From a virus (lineage: Duplodnaviria; Caudoviricetes), in the IMG/VR virus record IMGVR_UViG_2700989102_000001, positions 32,001 through 96,000 of that record: 64,000 nucleotides of DNA, one strand, 5' to 3'. Of this stretch, positions 63,946 through 64,000 are shown piece after piece. The translations under genes and the position numbers were made by a program. Positions within the stretch are counted from its first letter, which is position 1. The number at the start of each line of letters is the position of its first letter. The notes below the pieces were generated by a model. The model was given only the letters and a program-made list of their open reading frames with translations. It had not been told where the DNA came from and searched no databases.

Positions 63946-64000
63946 GCCAAAACCCCCTCGTTGTACTTGTCTACGATATCTTTCGGGATGCGCCCGCGGG
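63942..64000 (-). CDS. C-terminus of a second Lsr2-type DNA-binding domain protein (truncated by window)
   Basis: Reverse strand reads RGRIPKDIVDKYNEGVLA*. Confidence 0.7.
   Translation of the reverse strand, partial: RGRIPKDIVDKYNEGVLA

Overview
Central 64 kb of a large temperate mycobacteriophage genome. It is GC-rich, genes are densely coupled, and the gene content resembles Cluster J (Omega-like) siphoviruses; that assignment is inference from gene content. Order: end of the tail/virion genes (D-Ala-D-Ala carboxypeptidase, a CotH-kinase/FN3 protein), lysis cassette (lysA, lysB, holin), nrdH, a leftward operon of small genes including lsr2 and headed by xis, tyrosine integrase with attP (3' half of tRNA-Leu-CAA), an iteron-like array next to a truncated Rep-like gene, the repressor/Cro switch, then a long rightward early region. 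That region holds an esterase, an exonuclease, a frameshifted C5 methyltransferase with a nested HNH, Pnk and RNA ligase, WhiB, a NARP1-type NAD+ reconstitution pair, prim-pol, helicase, ClpP, DnaQ, nucleotide hydrolases, phosphoesterases and two tRNAs. The window ends in a leftward FtsK operon with a second lsr2. The most unusual signals are non-coding: a structured ~220 nt RNA followed by a 67 nt anticodon-less tRNA mimic with encoded CCA (25.0-25.3 kb), a ~170 nt tRNA-shaped RNA plus a ~350 nt structured RNA flanking tRNA-Gly (58.4-59.1 kb), and a third structured intergenic element (51.0-51.2 kb). All base pairings were read by eye, not computed, and start sites differing from the supplied ORF track were chosen from RBS position and gene coupling.
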